Source of the DNA: Raillietiella orientalis
Lineage: Eukaryota
Direction: 5' to 3'
NCBI GenBank assembly: GCA_036172245.1
Contig: JAYWIR010000021.1
Location: 1,612,001-1,676,000 of the forward strand
Length of the DNA: 64,000 nt
Position numbers and translations under genes: made by a program
The notes under the pieces: model-generated
Databases searched by the model: none
Seen by the model: only the letters and a program-made list of their open reading frames with translations
Told to the model about the DNA's origin: nothing
Shown: one piece after another, positions 50,401-62,850 of the stretch
Layout: each line of letters opens with the position of its first letter
Numbering within the stretch: the stretch's first letter is position 1

Positions 50401-52934
50401 AGAGAGGGAGTCAGAAGATGGGAGGTGCCAACTCTACTTGCGAAGAATCCTGCAGCGATCAGGGACGATGTGAATTCTGTGTGACCGGAGGAAGAAGTTC
50501 CGTGGTACACTCGAGGTGGCTGGAGGACGAGGTTATGGAGAAGGAGGCGAGGCAGAACGTGAACGGGTAGTGGTCAGTGCCCAGAGAACAGACGGTCGGA
50601 AGCCTCTTGAAGGTTCTGATGGCGATCCAGGAGGAGCAGAAGGCGGAAGAGGAGGAAAGAAACGAGTCTTCCGTTCCTCCGGAGTCGGTGCCTTCCTTCC
50701 TCAAACTCTGTATCTCCTGGTCGTGTCGCGCGTCCACTACTGCCTTCACGAGACGGCGCTACTGAGAAACAACGTGGCGGAGGATGCAAGGCGCTTCCCA
50801 GAACAGACTAGAACGAGACTGAAAATTTCAGGTTACGGGAGCAGATCCCGCGAATTTCCTTGATGACATCGAGGCAATCAAGGGCTATTACTGAATCGAG
50901 GATGCCCATCTCTTCTTCCTGGTTCATTGAGCTCGGTATCCAATCCGCAGTCGGTATCCCCACTTCAAAGGAGAGTCCTTGCGTTTCCGAGTACGCCTGT
51001 GTGGGTCGAAGACCCAGAGTCCCGCAAAGAGTACTCCGAAGGAGGCACTGCACAGGTCTGAATCTTTCTTCTCCCGACTTCGAAGAGAGCAGGAGACCCC
51101 TTCCTTTTTGTTTTCCTTTTTTTCTTTTTCAAAATTTTTTTGTGGTTCTCTGCATGCAGCCCTATTCGAGTGGGGATTTCCTCCCATAACGGCTGCGTAG
51201 TTCTTTCGGAATTGCGACGTTTCCGGAGCGGAGGCAGGCACGGCTATTAATGCAGGGAATTTCCCAATCGACATCCTCATCTTGTAGGACTCATTTCATT
51301 TGTCAGCTTGATGAATGCTTTTCAAGTGGATCGAAAGCAGCTTCGTCAGCAGTAAATCGCGCGGGCCGTGGACGAAGCTGAAAGAAGTGACGTGAGCGTG
51401 GAAGCGTCCACAAATCGCGGCACGGAGCACATCTCTCTCGCGCGCGCGCGTGCGTGCGTTTCATGCGTGACGCATTCCCGAGGAATTGGTCCCTGGCATC
51501 CATTCAAAAAGGATACAATCCAGTCGCAAGTTTGGGACACCCTACGGCATGTAGCGGCTGGGAGGAGGAGGGGAGAGGGAAGGGCCGAGCCAATTACTTC
51601 CTCCTTGACAGAAGTTCGAGTTTATCGAAGTGAGACGTTCGTGTTTCACTTGAGATCTCCAGGATGCTGGTCGACGACAGGTGCGAGTGCGGCAAACTGG
51701 GCGAGACGCGGAAAACAGATCAGTCCTCGTGGACGGATAGGGTTCCGTGGCAACGACGGCGTTCCCGCCTTCGGAGAAGCAGTGGTGAAGAAACCACGGG
51801 AACAGAGAGGTTCTCGTGTCTTCCTGCCAGCTGCTCCGCTGCGAGGATCCGGAAGTGTCGACGGGCGTCTATCACGCGAGCCATCGGACCCGTCCGCTCG
51901 CGATGCCACGAAAGTGCGGGAGGCTAGTGGACCCTTCCATCCCCTGCGACAAACTCACCAGCGAAGAAGGAAGGAAAGAGCGCACGCGCGCTGCCAGTCA
52001 GTCGGGCGAATCCGCATGGGGGCTCTTGCCACCCGACCCGTGGTGGGATGGGAGAGGGACGAAACTCTTCCCCGTGGTCCACGCCAGCGCTGATCACTTG
52101 GGATTCTCCGCCAGCGCTTAGCGAGTGACCCACGCCCCGCTTGGGAAGCCGAGCCTGCATCAGCCCCTTGAGGAGAGGCGCACTACTTGCTCGCCGTCTC
52201 CTGGAAACGGGCGCCCATCGGCTGGCTGGATGCGATTCGCTTTCTCCAGACGATTGGGATCCGATTCGCTTTCTCCGGGAGATTTCGATCTCCCCCGACT
52301 TTCACCTAATAACTGGGACCCCGGTCCATTGGGCACTTCTCGCAACGTTTGGGAAATTCGGCTCTTGGATGTCGCAGACGCGGCAGCTTGCGGCCGATAA
52401 GAACTGCATGCCGCAGCGAGCGCGCGCTCTTCGGGACCTCTGCTCGCTCCGGCACGTCTTGCTGAGGAATGCCGAACTGTGAGCTGCGGCGATCGGATCC
52501 GTCTCCCGTGGCGACCTCCCGTCCTCACCTCCTCCTCCTCAAACTCCCGGGCGTCCAGAGAACAGGCCTTCAGCCTGAGGAGCCGCGAAGACATCGATCA
52601 TTGGGGGAGTGAGCGCGAAACGTGATCTCTGATCGGCTCCCCTGCGTCCAGGGAGGCATCTGATGCGAAGGCGTCCGCCCCCGCACCTCCCTCCAATTGC
52701 TGATGCGCCGCCGCCTCCGGAGACACCCAGCGAGGAACGGGGAGGGAGAGGGGAGGCGATAGGGGAGAAAGGGGTTGGTTTTGGATGTTCCAGGAAGTGA
52801 GTGCAGGTCGTGCGGCTCCTCGGACAGCGGCTTTCGGACTGGGTCCAATTCCCCCCCTCGGACTGCGTCGGCGGGAGCATTCTGAGCAGGAACTTCAGAA
52901 TGAGAAGGAATGCAATCTCTTTCTTCTTTCTTAG

Positions 52935-55900
52935 AAACTCACTCTGAGCAAAAACCCATATCCATAGAAGAATTGTACTTGCAGTATCAACTGCTCCCAC
53001 CAGCAAAGATGAAACCCGAGTTTCTCAACAACACGGCTGTGCAGCTGTCGTGCGCCGCAGGGACGGAATGCGTCCTGGAATGCCCGGTCGCCAACGCAGC
53101 TCTGGAACCGGTGAGTGCCGGAGGAGCTTTCCGAGCAACAGCAACAGCAGCTACCCGCCGCTGCCTTGTTCTCCCATCCGCTACCCCCCACCCCCGCTCT
53201 TTTGACCGCATTTTCGAATGCACCAAACAAGGTCCGTGAGCATGGAGTCGCCCTCTTCAGAGTGACGGCTTTTCCTTGCTGAGGATGGGAGGGAGGGAAG
53301 GAAGTCCGCTGACCCCAGCGAACCTCAAGAAGAACGTCTTGGCCGACGCCCCTATGCCGGCGAGCCCGTCCAGACGCGCGCCCTGCTGCTTCCGCGCGGC
53401 AGGGCTCCGCCTCACCCTAGAACGGACCTGCCCTCGCACCGCCCTTGTGACCCCGACTCGCGACCGCTCCGGAACCTCCCTCTTGAGCTCGCCTGTAGGG
53501 ACTACTGGTCTTGCGGCGGGATCGCTTCTTTCCTGCCGCACCCGGAGGAAGCGCTCCGCCTCCCGAGATGCGGGGCGCGTCCTCCCGGTTTCGGCCTTCT
53601 GGGAGAGAGAAAGGCATCCGTCCGCGGGCAGAGATAAAATCGTCTTCGAGGCGCATCCTGTTTCTCGGTTCCCTTCTCCTTCCTCCCCTCCCCCTTTTGC
53701 ATCCGGAGAATTTCGCAGGACCTCCTCCAGAGATGCTCTTCCAGAGGCTAATTCGGAGAATCCTCGGCGGGGAAGGCGACCGGGTGACTATCCCAGCAAA
53801 GCATATCATGTCTTCAACTGTCGCTGATGCGATCTCCCGGGGTGCGCGAGGAAGGCGCCGATTTCCGGGGAAGAAAGAGGGAGCGTTTTCCGGAGCTTCC
53901 GTTTTTTTCCCACCTTGTCGCCGCTGCTGCTGCTGCCGTCACTGCTGTTGTTTCTCTCGAACTTTGAGCTCTTGCCTCCCGGGCGGTGGTGGCCCATCCC
54001 GCTTCGTGCCCTCGGCAAAGCAGGAGCAGGAAACAGGCAGTCGCAGCTCTCTGTGATGATAAATATGGAAGCTGGATCGATGAATACCGGGATCAGACGG
54101 ATGAAGCAGATTGGCGGTCATCTCGTCGATTCCAGCTGTCTGACTTCCGGAACTAGGGCGCGGGACTAGAATGAAACCCCAGGGAAAACGGCTAAGCAGC
54201 GCTCAAAGAAAAGGGGGGAAAACAAACACGCGCATGTGGGCATTCGTGAGCGGAAGACGAAGTGATAGGGGCAAGAAGCTTTCCGAGGGATCTCCCGTCT
54301 GAGATTCTCAAACTACCCGGAATTTCGATGTGGAAAACGATGTTTCATCCCCTTCCCTTCTCTTTCTTCCCTTGTCCTCTTGCTCCTCCCATCCCTCGCT
54401 CTGCTGCTCTTCCCTTTCCTCTTTCATTCTTCCTCCCTCCTCCTACTCTTCCTCTTCCTCCTTCCTTTCTCCTCCTCCTCTCCTCCTTTTTCTCCTCTTA
54501 TTCCCTTCCTTCTTTCTTTCCTTCCCCCGTCCTCTTCTCACTTTCTCCTCCTCCTCTTCTTCCCTCCCTGCCTCCTTTTCCTTTCCTTCCTCCCTTCACT
54601 CTCCCACCTTCTCTTCCTCTTCCTTCTCCTTTCCTTCTTTCCCTGCTCTTCCTCTTCCTCTCTTTCTCCTTCTACTGTTGTACTGGATGAAGCGTTTCCT
54701 TTTTCTCACCTTCCCCTTTCCGATCCCATGACAATTCCAAAAGCCCTTCTTGATGAAACTTTCCTCGGAAAGAAACAGGGTTCCTTCCCCTCCCCTCGTC
54801 TCCTGCTCTACTCCAACCTCCTCGATGTCTCACACCGAGGTGAGCGCATTGGTCAGGAGGCTTCGCAGCGCTCGCCCTTCCGCCATGCGCGTGCGCTATC
54901 CCACCCCTCTCTCCCAAAGCGAAAGGGAGGATCAAGTCTCGGGAAGCAGAGGAAGGCGGGAACCGTGCTCTGTGTCTCCAGGGAGGAGTTTTCTTGGCAC
55001 GGAAGGACGCCGAAGACCGGAAGCCGCTTGCAGTCCATTTTTCGGAACTTCGCGCCGCAGAGCCACTTTTCTGGGATCCCCTGACCTCAGAGCAAGGAGA
55101 GAAGCCCACTCGATCCCCCCTGTGCCCAGAAACAGTCTGAAGAGAATGACGAGGGAGCGACGGGAGTCTGCTGAGAAAATCTGATTGCATCAGGAGAAGG
55201 CGCGAAGCCGTCTTTTCCTGATGCAATCAGATTTTCTCCGCAAGACGTCCCTCTCCGCCTTGCAGCTACAGGCGCGCTCGAAGAAAGCGAAGGAGAAGAG
55301 GGAAAGTCGCAAAGGGAAATGCGAGAGGGAAAGCATACCTGGAAACAGTCAGTGATTCTGGGCCGGAGCGAGGCATCGGTGCTGCGCGCAGGAAGAACCG
55401 GGACGCCGATTTCCAGTCAGGGAGAGAAGAAAGGAAGGGGAGGGGAAACGAGAATGGGACGGAAGGCTCCGCGATGATCTCTTGTAAGAAGTTTCTTCTT
55501 GTGGTGCCTAAGAGGAGGACTAGATGATGGAAATACTTTTCTGTCTTCACAGTTCTTCGACACCGTTCCACGCCACACAAGGGTGGGTAATCTTTAAGAT
55601 AGGGAATATCCCGGGAGGGGTCCACCCTATGAATCTAGGAAGGACTCGGAGTGCGTTACTCTCACGCCTCTCATCCCTGGAAATGGAGATCACCTCCACC
55701 CTGGCTGTCTCCGAAGAAGAATCCAGCAGGGAATCTCTTTCCTTATTCTCTCCGAGATCCTTGGAGGGGTCCGCTCCAGTTTTTCTTCTCTGAAGGGAAC
55801 CCGGAAGGGACGCTTCCGAAATTCACAAGGACTCAGCTTCCCAGAAGGGATCGGCTCGTTTCTCTGCACTCACTAAGGAAATGGGTGGCAACACACCTAC

Positions 55901-58900
55901 TCCATCAGTCCGACGCGGAGAGGTCCCCCCCGGAATGGGGGGTTTGCTCCTTCACAACGAGAGGGGAGCTCCCACTCCGTGATTCTTGGTAGGACCCGGA
56001 GGTCGACTCCCATTTGTCCCGGCCCTCATCAGGGGCATCCGGTTTGAACCGCTACCAGTGCCGCACCCGGAGGAATGTAGGCGTCATCTTGTGGGGTGAA
56101 CTCGGAATCCACGACGCACTGCGTCGATTCCTTCGGAGTATTCGAACCCACGACGCATAGTGCCACGCGCGGAGACCACCGTAAGCACACGGCCTCCGAC
56201 GTGGGCAACTCGGAAAGGAATTCCTGAGGAACTCGGAAAGATTTTCGGCTTGCTCCGGAAGATTCGGTGGAAAGCGAAAGCAAGGTGGAGAGCGAGGCGA
56301 GAGAAGAGCACCCTCGCTCGCCTCTGAGACTTGTCTCCATCTCCTGGAGGAAGAGTGTTTGAAGGTAGGGATGATTCCCCGGATCATAGATGAGAAGAGA
56401 GGTGCGGAGGCTACTCGTCTCTACTCCCTCTTCCAAGAGAATCAACAGGGTCTGCGCTCTGGGTTCGGGTTCGTTGGGTGATATCGGCAGGACTCTGGAG
56501 CCTCTCGATCAGGAAACACAGGAGCCTTCGTGCTTGTGCGTGCGTAAGGGGGTAGGGAAAGAAACGGGGGAGTCGTTTCGAGGTGCAGCTGCTGAGGGAC
56601 GCTTTTTCTGCGCAGTGAACCGAGTGCCCTTGCTTTAGAAGCTGCCCTCTACGAGGTCCGTGGCCACATGGTCGGCGGGCGCGCAGCTCACCCCAGTGGC
56701 GACAGTAACTACTTGGGGAGCACCCGGAACGGGGTGTTAACGTGGGAGATTTCCCTCAGTTGCGGTCTGGAGGCGGAGGTCGGATTCCCGAGGCCCGAAA
56801 GGCTCGGGATGAAGCCTCACACCCTTGGCTTGCTGTCTCCATCCACCGAAGAGCTGGGAGCTCCGGCGGTCGATCCGGTTTGGCCGTCCTCAGGATTTCG
56901 GGCGTTCCACGGAGTTTCAGACACTCCCTCCCAGCTTGCAGCCCTCGGACAACTTTTATCCGCCTTTCACCTTTCCTTCCTTCGCTCGAGAAGAGTTGTG
57001 GGAAGCCTCGAGTGGTGGCGACCTCAATCGTCTCGGTTTCTGGATGCTGATCTGAATCTGCAGCGAAAAATGGGGTTCTTCCTCTTCCAGATATTGTGGA
57101 TTCGGAAGGACAACCTCGACATCCTGTCTTCTGGGACCACCCTCTACACACGGAACAGGAGGGTCAAGGTTCTCCCAAATCTGATGAAAGACAAATGGAT
57201 GCTGAAGATCGAAGAGTTCCAAGACTCGGATTCGGGAATCTACGAGTGCCAGGTGCGTCTTCCCAAGGAGTGGGCGGGCCGTTCAAAGCGTTCACCTCCC
57301 GTCTACACGGAGACGAGTGCTTTGCACCACCCGGAGATGTGAGTGGGTCGTCGGCATGTTGTCAGGGAACCAAAAACGCCGTGCAGATCTGTGCGCTCTG
57401 CTGCTCTGATGAATGCTGACGCGACGACCCGGGTGCCGCGTTTCTCTGCATGCGACTCCGCTAGGAGAGACTCAGCCCGTCCGTGGTTTTCGAACTCGCG
57501 CCCGCAGTCCGCAAGCCTGGCGCGAAGACTGCGAGTGTCAAATGATGTTTCATGATGGCATGATTACCGATGCGTGACCTCACAATGGCCCCGTTGGGCT
57601 ACTGGTTGTCTGGGGTGGACTACTGGTGGCAGCAGCTCCTCCACTCCCCTGCTCCACTCCCCTTTGCTTTTCGTCTCTGCTTGCTCATCCCATCGGCTCC
57701 GATGATGTTCAAGGGGAGATGGACATCGGTCTGCGTGCGGCTTGTCCGCATTGACTGGAATCGGTCCTTGCGTTCAGATCTGTCTCTCGAGTAGCGACCC
57801 TCCGCTCCTTTGTGGAGAAGTGATGACGTCAGAGCTCCCGCCAGTCTTGACAGCGCAGCTTCAGGACCGTGCTTCTGTTTTCCGAAGTTCCGCTGGTGCT
57901 GGACTTGTCAGTGTCGGGTGCCCACGCGCAGTCCTTTCCACTGAGGGGTCATTTCGGACAGGAAAAAGGTGAGACAAAAAGATGCTCACGCTGGACCGTT
58001 GGGCGGAAAGAAAGGTGGAAAAGAAAGATGGAAAGAAAAGTGAACGATAAAACTTTCGCTTTCAAAACACTCGCTTTCCTGGAGATAACTGGAAGATGGG
58101 CTTGCTGCATAGAAACCTCTTCATTTTCTCTTTTTGCTCCCTGATGAGCGGCCTGCAGGGATCTCAGCTTGTAGGCTACAGCACCAGCTGCTGATCTTCT
58201 GTCTCGGGCTGTGATGTTCTTTTTTTTTTTTTCTTCTCCCAAAAGAAATGGAAAATTCAGTGCGATCCATCTGCGGACAGGAATCGCGGTCAACCTGTTC
58301 GGTTGATGGCTCGTTCGCCTCTTTCTCAGAAACCTTTGAGTTCTGGCAAACTCCTTTCGCTAGAAGAACACGCTCCGTTGATACGTTGTGACAGAACACT
58401 ACCGGTGTTCCGGTACCACGATAAACAGTCGAGATGTAGTTTCTAAAAGGTCGTCTTCTCACATACCGAATAAATCTGGCATCTGGTGTGAAATATATGG
58501 GAAGGAATGTCGAAGGCTTAGAGGAGAATGTGGAAGCTGGTGGGAGCAATCGATGAGACTAAGACGAAGCTGCATTCATTTTCCACTCCTTGCCTTTCAC
58601 AACTAGAAATAGCTCCTCCAAATTTTCACCTCGGGATATTAGCTGACTGGCGGACTGATGAATCATTCAGGACTGCGTTTTAGGAGACCCGTGTTTCTAT
58701 AGAAAAAATATTCCGTTATGAAACGTCATGCCATAAAAACGCGCTTTCTGTTTGGAACTACTTATGCAAGCCCATACAATTCGACGCCAGCTGACAGCCT
58801 GTTACATTCGAAGAGGTTCAATGCCTCTCTTATGAGGGCACTCCATCTTTCCGTGAAACACCCGCCGCGGTGTTCCTGTTCCTCCTCTCTCTTGAAAGAG

Positions 58901-61188
58901 GAAGCCACCGGTAATGCGCACTCTCAGCATCAGGCGGTAAGGCCACCATCGTTAGCATTACGGGAAGCGAACCTTTCCATCGACAGGAACCCCATCCTTC
59001 GTGACGAGGGACCCAGAAGCAGCCGGCACGCTCCTTTTCCTGTTACAGCAGACGCTTTCGGGAGAAGGGACTTGAGATAACGGAAGCGGTCTGATGCTCG
59101 GGGTCCTTTTCCTGAGTTGACCACTTTCGTGCGACCAGTTCTTCCTTCTCCGGCATTCCAGAGGCCACCTCGATTCACGTCTGAGACGACACGCACCATC
59201 ACACCTCGGAGAAGCCTCAAGCGAGGTTTTCACGGGACGTCCACTCGAGAGCTTTGCTTCCGAGAGCGCCCGTCCTGACGGGCGTGTGGGATCTGAGCTC
59301 TGGGTTTTACGACAGACTATCGGGCGGGGGGGAAATTACTCACTAGAAAAAACAGATCTTCCCCTCCGTTCCTTCCTCGTTTCTCAGGGAGTTCAGTTGG
59401 CACATCCCTCTTTGCCATCGAGAGATTTCGGGTGCAAAGCGATTTCGGCAGCCCCGGCGAGAGAAAGGAGGTGCCTCTCGTCTGTGGATCAGGTTTCGGG
59501 CAGCTGTCCTTCAGGATTGCAAGGCATTGCCAGCATCGGGGTCCACGATCGCGCGTGCTATGTGCGCGGTCGTTTTTCAGCAGCTCAGCAACTTCTCGCC
59601 CCCAGGGCGACGGTGGTAGTCGGTGCCTGCACATGGATGCTCCTGGGTGCACGAGAACAGCTGGTGCTGAGGTCGGAGGAAACGTCAATTTTTCCCTTAT
59701 CTGAGGTGGTCACAGTTTTGCTTCGCTGTGCTTCACGACGCGTTCAGAAAGACGGGGGCACGCTGCCCGCGACCCCGAGAGGTTTTGATCCGGGAAGGAG
59801 GAGGCGTTCAGGGAAATTCTGCACGAGCGTTTCCGACGAGATGATTCCAGAGACGTCACTTGGATGCGCGGAGCCATGAGAAGGAATACCGGGGAGGGCC
59901 GAGGACGCTGCCCGGAGAGGATCAATCGCTCGCTTACGGTGCGGGGCACTGTAGTGGGTACCCCCTCGCATGCGTAGGGTGACGCGCGTGGGCATGCCTC
60001 TGAAGAGCGAGCGCCCTCGACCGATTGTAGTCGCAGCCGCGGAACCGGTTGGATTCTGCTCCGAGCTCCGCGGCAGCGACCCCGGGCGATAGCACGGCTC
60101 TCCCATACAGCTCGTTAGCAGAATGGTGCTCAAGAAGGTCGAGGGCTTTGAGGGCCTTCGAGCTGAGGTTCTGAAGGTCCGGGCTGGTGCAAGCAACTCG
60201 CGGGAGGCTAAATGCATGGTCCAGAACTTCAGGAAGAGGGACCCAGAGGGACAGAGGGCCGGTGGGGCGGAACGTGGAGGAGGACACGCCGGAGGGAGAC
60301 GCAGAAGCTCGTCGCACGCGTCCAGCTTTCGCTTATTGATCTTTCGTGGATCATCCCACCGGGAAATTTGCGTGGGAGCACAGAGGGCTTCCCCTGTTCG
60401 CACTTTCCCCGTTCTTCCAGAACTAACGCTTGCCAGGTTCCCGCTTTCGGAAGCCGAAGGTACAGTTTCGAGGTTTCCGGAGAAGTTTCTAGAAACAAGA
60501 AAAGAACCTATGTTCTTATCCGATGCCTTGAAGCTTCTCCTGTTCCACCGCCATTTGGCACAGGAAAGCCCCCCTTCCCCCTTCCTCCTAAAGAAAAAAA
60601 AAAAAAAGAAGGTAAACAGCAGCAGAGAACATTCCAATTGCCGAGCTTCGAGGCAACGCGAAGGAACTTGCAGTTCCCTCGCTACTAACATCCGGATCCG
60701 CTGCCTGCTGCCGCTTCTTGCCCTCCTTTGCGCGCGTTTCGGAGGCGAACCGACAAGTCCGGAACCATCCCTTTCCCTTCCCCTATGAGTTAAGCAAGAG
60801 AGGTTACCGTAGCACTGCCGGAGGACCTCACTCTTCTACTGCCACCACCGTCTTCCAGGCCTCGCTGCACATGGACTCACCCTGCGCTTTCCCTTCGCGG
60901 GGAGGGGTTTGTCCGAGGCTGACTCCTGAGCACGGCGACCGGCCCGCAGCGAGGTCGCGCACCTCCACGCATGTCCGCTCATCTCGGTTGTGCCTACAGC
61001 GGCAGCGTTCCGAGGCCCCCTTCCGGGAAAACCCTTGCTTCTGCGTCTTCCAGGTTTCCTTGGAGAACGGCATCGCCTCCCTTCTCGTGAATCTGACCGT
61101 ATCCGTCCCAGACGTCACCATAACAGCCGGGGAAACCATGTACTCCAGCGTCGGGTCCACCGTGCTGCTGCAGTGCAGGGCGAAGAAG
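52935..61188 (+). CDS. Dpr/ZIG-8-like two-Ig-domain cell-surface protein, partial (three internal exons)
   Basis: Exons 52935-53110 ('PEFLNNTAVQLSCAAGTECVLECPVANAALEP'), 57091-57252 ('ILWIRKDNLDILSSG...YT...R.......W.LKI...Q.SDSGIYECQ') and 61054-61188 ('VS........VNLTVSVPDVTITAGETMYSSVGSTVLLQC') have polypyrimidine-AG acceptors, GT donors and compatible phase 0 junctions. The motifs follow the Dpr Ig1/Ig2 pattern. The first exon was not located and the 3' part lies beyond the window. Confidence 0.85.
54345..54720 (+). repeat. Low-complexity polypyrimidine (CT-rich) tract
   Basis: About 370 bp almost entirely C/T. It explains the three overlapping S/P/L/F-rich ORFs. Confidence 0.95.
55173..55238. 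repeat. Perfect 23-bp inverted repeat (66-nt hairpin)
   Basis: GAGAAAATCTGATTGCATCAGGA (55173-55195) and its exact reverse complement (55216-55238). Confidence 0.92.
55600..56450 (-). mobile_element. Copy of the APE-relic/VNTR repeat family (intronic)
   Basis: TTTTCTTCTCTGAAGGGAACCCGGAAGGGACGCTTCC, ACCAGTGCC and TTCGAACCC blocks are shared with the 43.6 kb and 61.8 kb copies. Confidence 0.55.
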
Positions 61189-61779
61189 GTAAGGGTGGGC
61201 GAACCGCAGCGGTGGGCTGAGCAGCGGACGCGTCGCTGGGCGGGAACTGAGACTCCTCCTGAGAGCAAGGGAGCGGAGGAGGAGGCAAGAGGGAAATTCC
61301 TCTGCAGGAGGCCAGCTGCGGGAGTCTGGCCATTCTCTTCGGCTCTAGAGTAAATCGGTGGATTTCGGGGGAGTGATCCGCCCTTCTTGTCCTGGGGTAG
61401 GACGGCTTCCGAACGTTCCTCGGTGCTGGAAGCTGAGCAGGTTTGCCCAGAGGGGATGTTTGAGGAAGGGAAGAAGCACCGGCGGAAATCCCTTCGGATC
61501 CGAAGGACGAGGTTGTCACTCCGCCTACCTCTTTGCGACGACTAGGATGAAAGCTTGAGTGAGAGGTCTTCAAGGGAGCTCCTCCATCAGCAAGAGAGGA
61601 AGTGCGTGCGTCTTGCTCAAGCAGGACTTTCAGGAGTTGCTCTCGGGGAGTCCGAAGAGGCCATACCGTGGGTTTATCTTTTTGTTTTGGCTCGCCAAGT
61701 GCTCAAGAAGCGTTCGCTCCCTCAGGGGGGGATCACGGAGCTCTTTGACACCCTCCACGCCACCCGAGGATGCGTGTAG

Positions 61780-62850
61780 TAACCCTTCAAGTTAGGGGGT
61801 GCCCCTGGAGGGGACTGCCCTACGAATCCAGAAAGGGTTCCGGAAGAAGGAGTCCGTCCCTTTCTCACGCTTGACAGGGAACCCCGAAGGGATGCTTCTG
61901 AATTTTCTCTGAAGGGTCGCTCCGCAAAGAAAGCAGCGCGCCTCTCACCCTGCAGAGGCGACTTCCCGAAGGAAGGGGAGGAGGGTATCAACCAGCTCCG
62001 TGGTTTGAGATGAAAGGTCACTCCCGAGGGGACGGGGACAGTTCCATTTTCACAACCGGAGGGGAGAACCCGAAGGACTCCTCGATTCCTGGAAGGACCC
62101 GGAAGATCGACTTCCAATCACGGACACCCATCGGGGGCATACAGGGACTTTCACCAGTGCCACCACACCCGAAGCCTTCAGATCAACCAGCATCATCCTG
62201 CGAGGGTGACTCGAAACCCAAGACGCAGTCCCCATTCCTATGGCTTCGATCCTCCACGTGGGATTCGAACCCGCAACGTTCGATTGCCACCCGGCGAGTG
62301 GGCTCGCCCGCGGCCACGGAACGAAAGAGACGGCATCGGGCCGATCATCCCGCACCAACAGCCTTGAAGAATCACACGCCCCCCGAGGGTGCGTGCAACC
62401 CAGAGAAACCACCCGATGAATCCAGGAAAGAGACGGCAGGTCCTCGGATGGGACCAAACTGGGTCCAGTGGTGTGCGATCGACTGCGATCAGCAGCAAAC
62501 CTCTTGCCGGGTGCGCCGGGTCCGACGCCACCAGCGACCCATCATCACCGGGAGCGCAGGCAGGAGGACGTAGAGAGGCTCTCGCGATATTTTTTTCCTC
62601 CAGCAGAGCCAGGTGCGTACCCCAAGGGCCGCGCCAACCATCCATGAGAGGGCCTCTTCCCCGAGGAGGGCGCTCGCCTCGCCGTGCGGCCGCGTCTTCA
62701 TTAACTGGAAGAATGCAATCTCGAGGGCTTAATTTGCTCCTCTTCCAGCCTGTCATCCAGACGTTCGGGTCGTGCGAGACCTGCGCGGGGAAGACTTTTT
62801 TTTTTGCGTTCGGATCTTCGGATGCTGATGGCTCCCTGTCCCCTCTTACC
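61780..62850 (-). mobile_element. Copy of the APE-relic/VNTR repeat family (intronic)
   Basis: Collinear with 43740-44250. Minus-strand peptides 'DPNVWMTGWKR...DCILP', 'RVAI' and 'RMMLVDL...G..ALV.V' are APE-like. Confidence 0.65.

Noticed and set aside
33000..52900. Many 100-320 aa ORFs on both strands
   Set aside because: They are R/S/P/G-rich, overlap in several frames, have no recognisable domains and are expected in GC-rich non-coding DNA.
54054..54143. GTGATGA...CTGA pair with an internal stem, a possible orphan C/D snoRNA
   Set aside because: No recognisable rRNA or snRNA guide, no terminal stem, and far from a 3' splice site. Such pairs arise by chance, as do those at ~17211-17297 and ~57820-57944.
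54262..55084. Three overlapping long ORFs rich in S/P/L/F
   Set aside because: Artefact of a stop-free CT-rich tract.
62255..62325. Perfect B-box GGTTCGAATCC with an upstream GTGGCCG on the minus strand (similar motifs at ~44135 and ~56140), suggesting a tRNA or SINE
   Set aside because: The acceptor and anticodon stems do not form, and the segment lies within the APE relic next to its 'VAI' motif, so it is probably coincidental.
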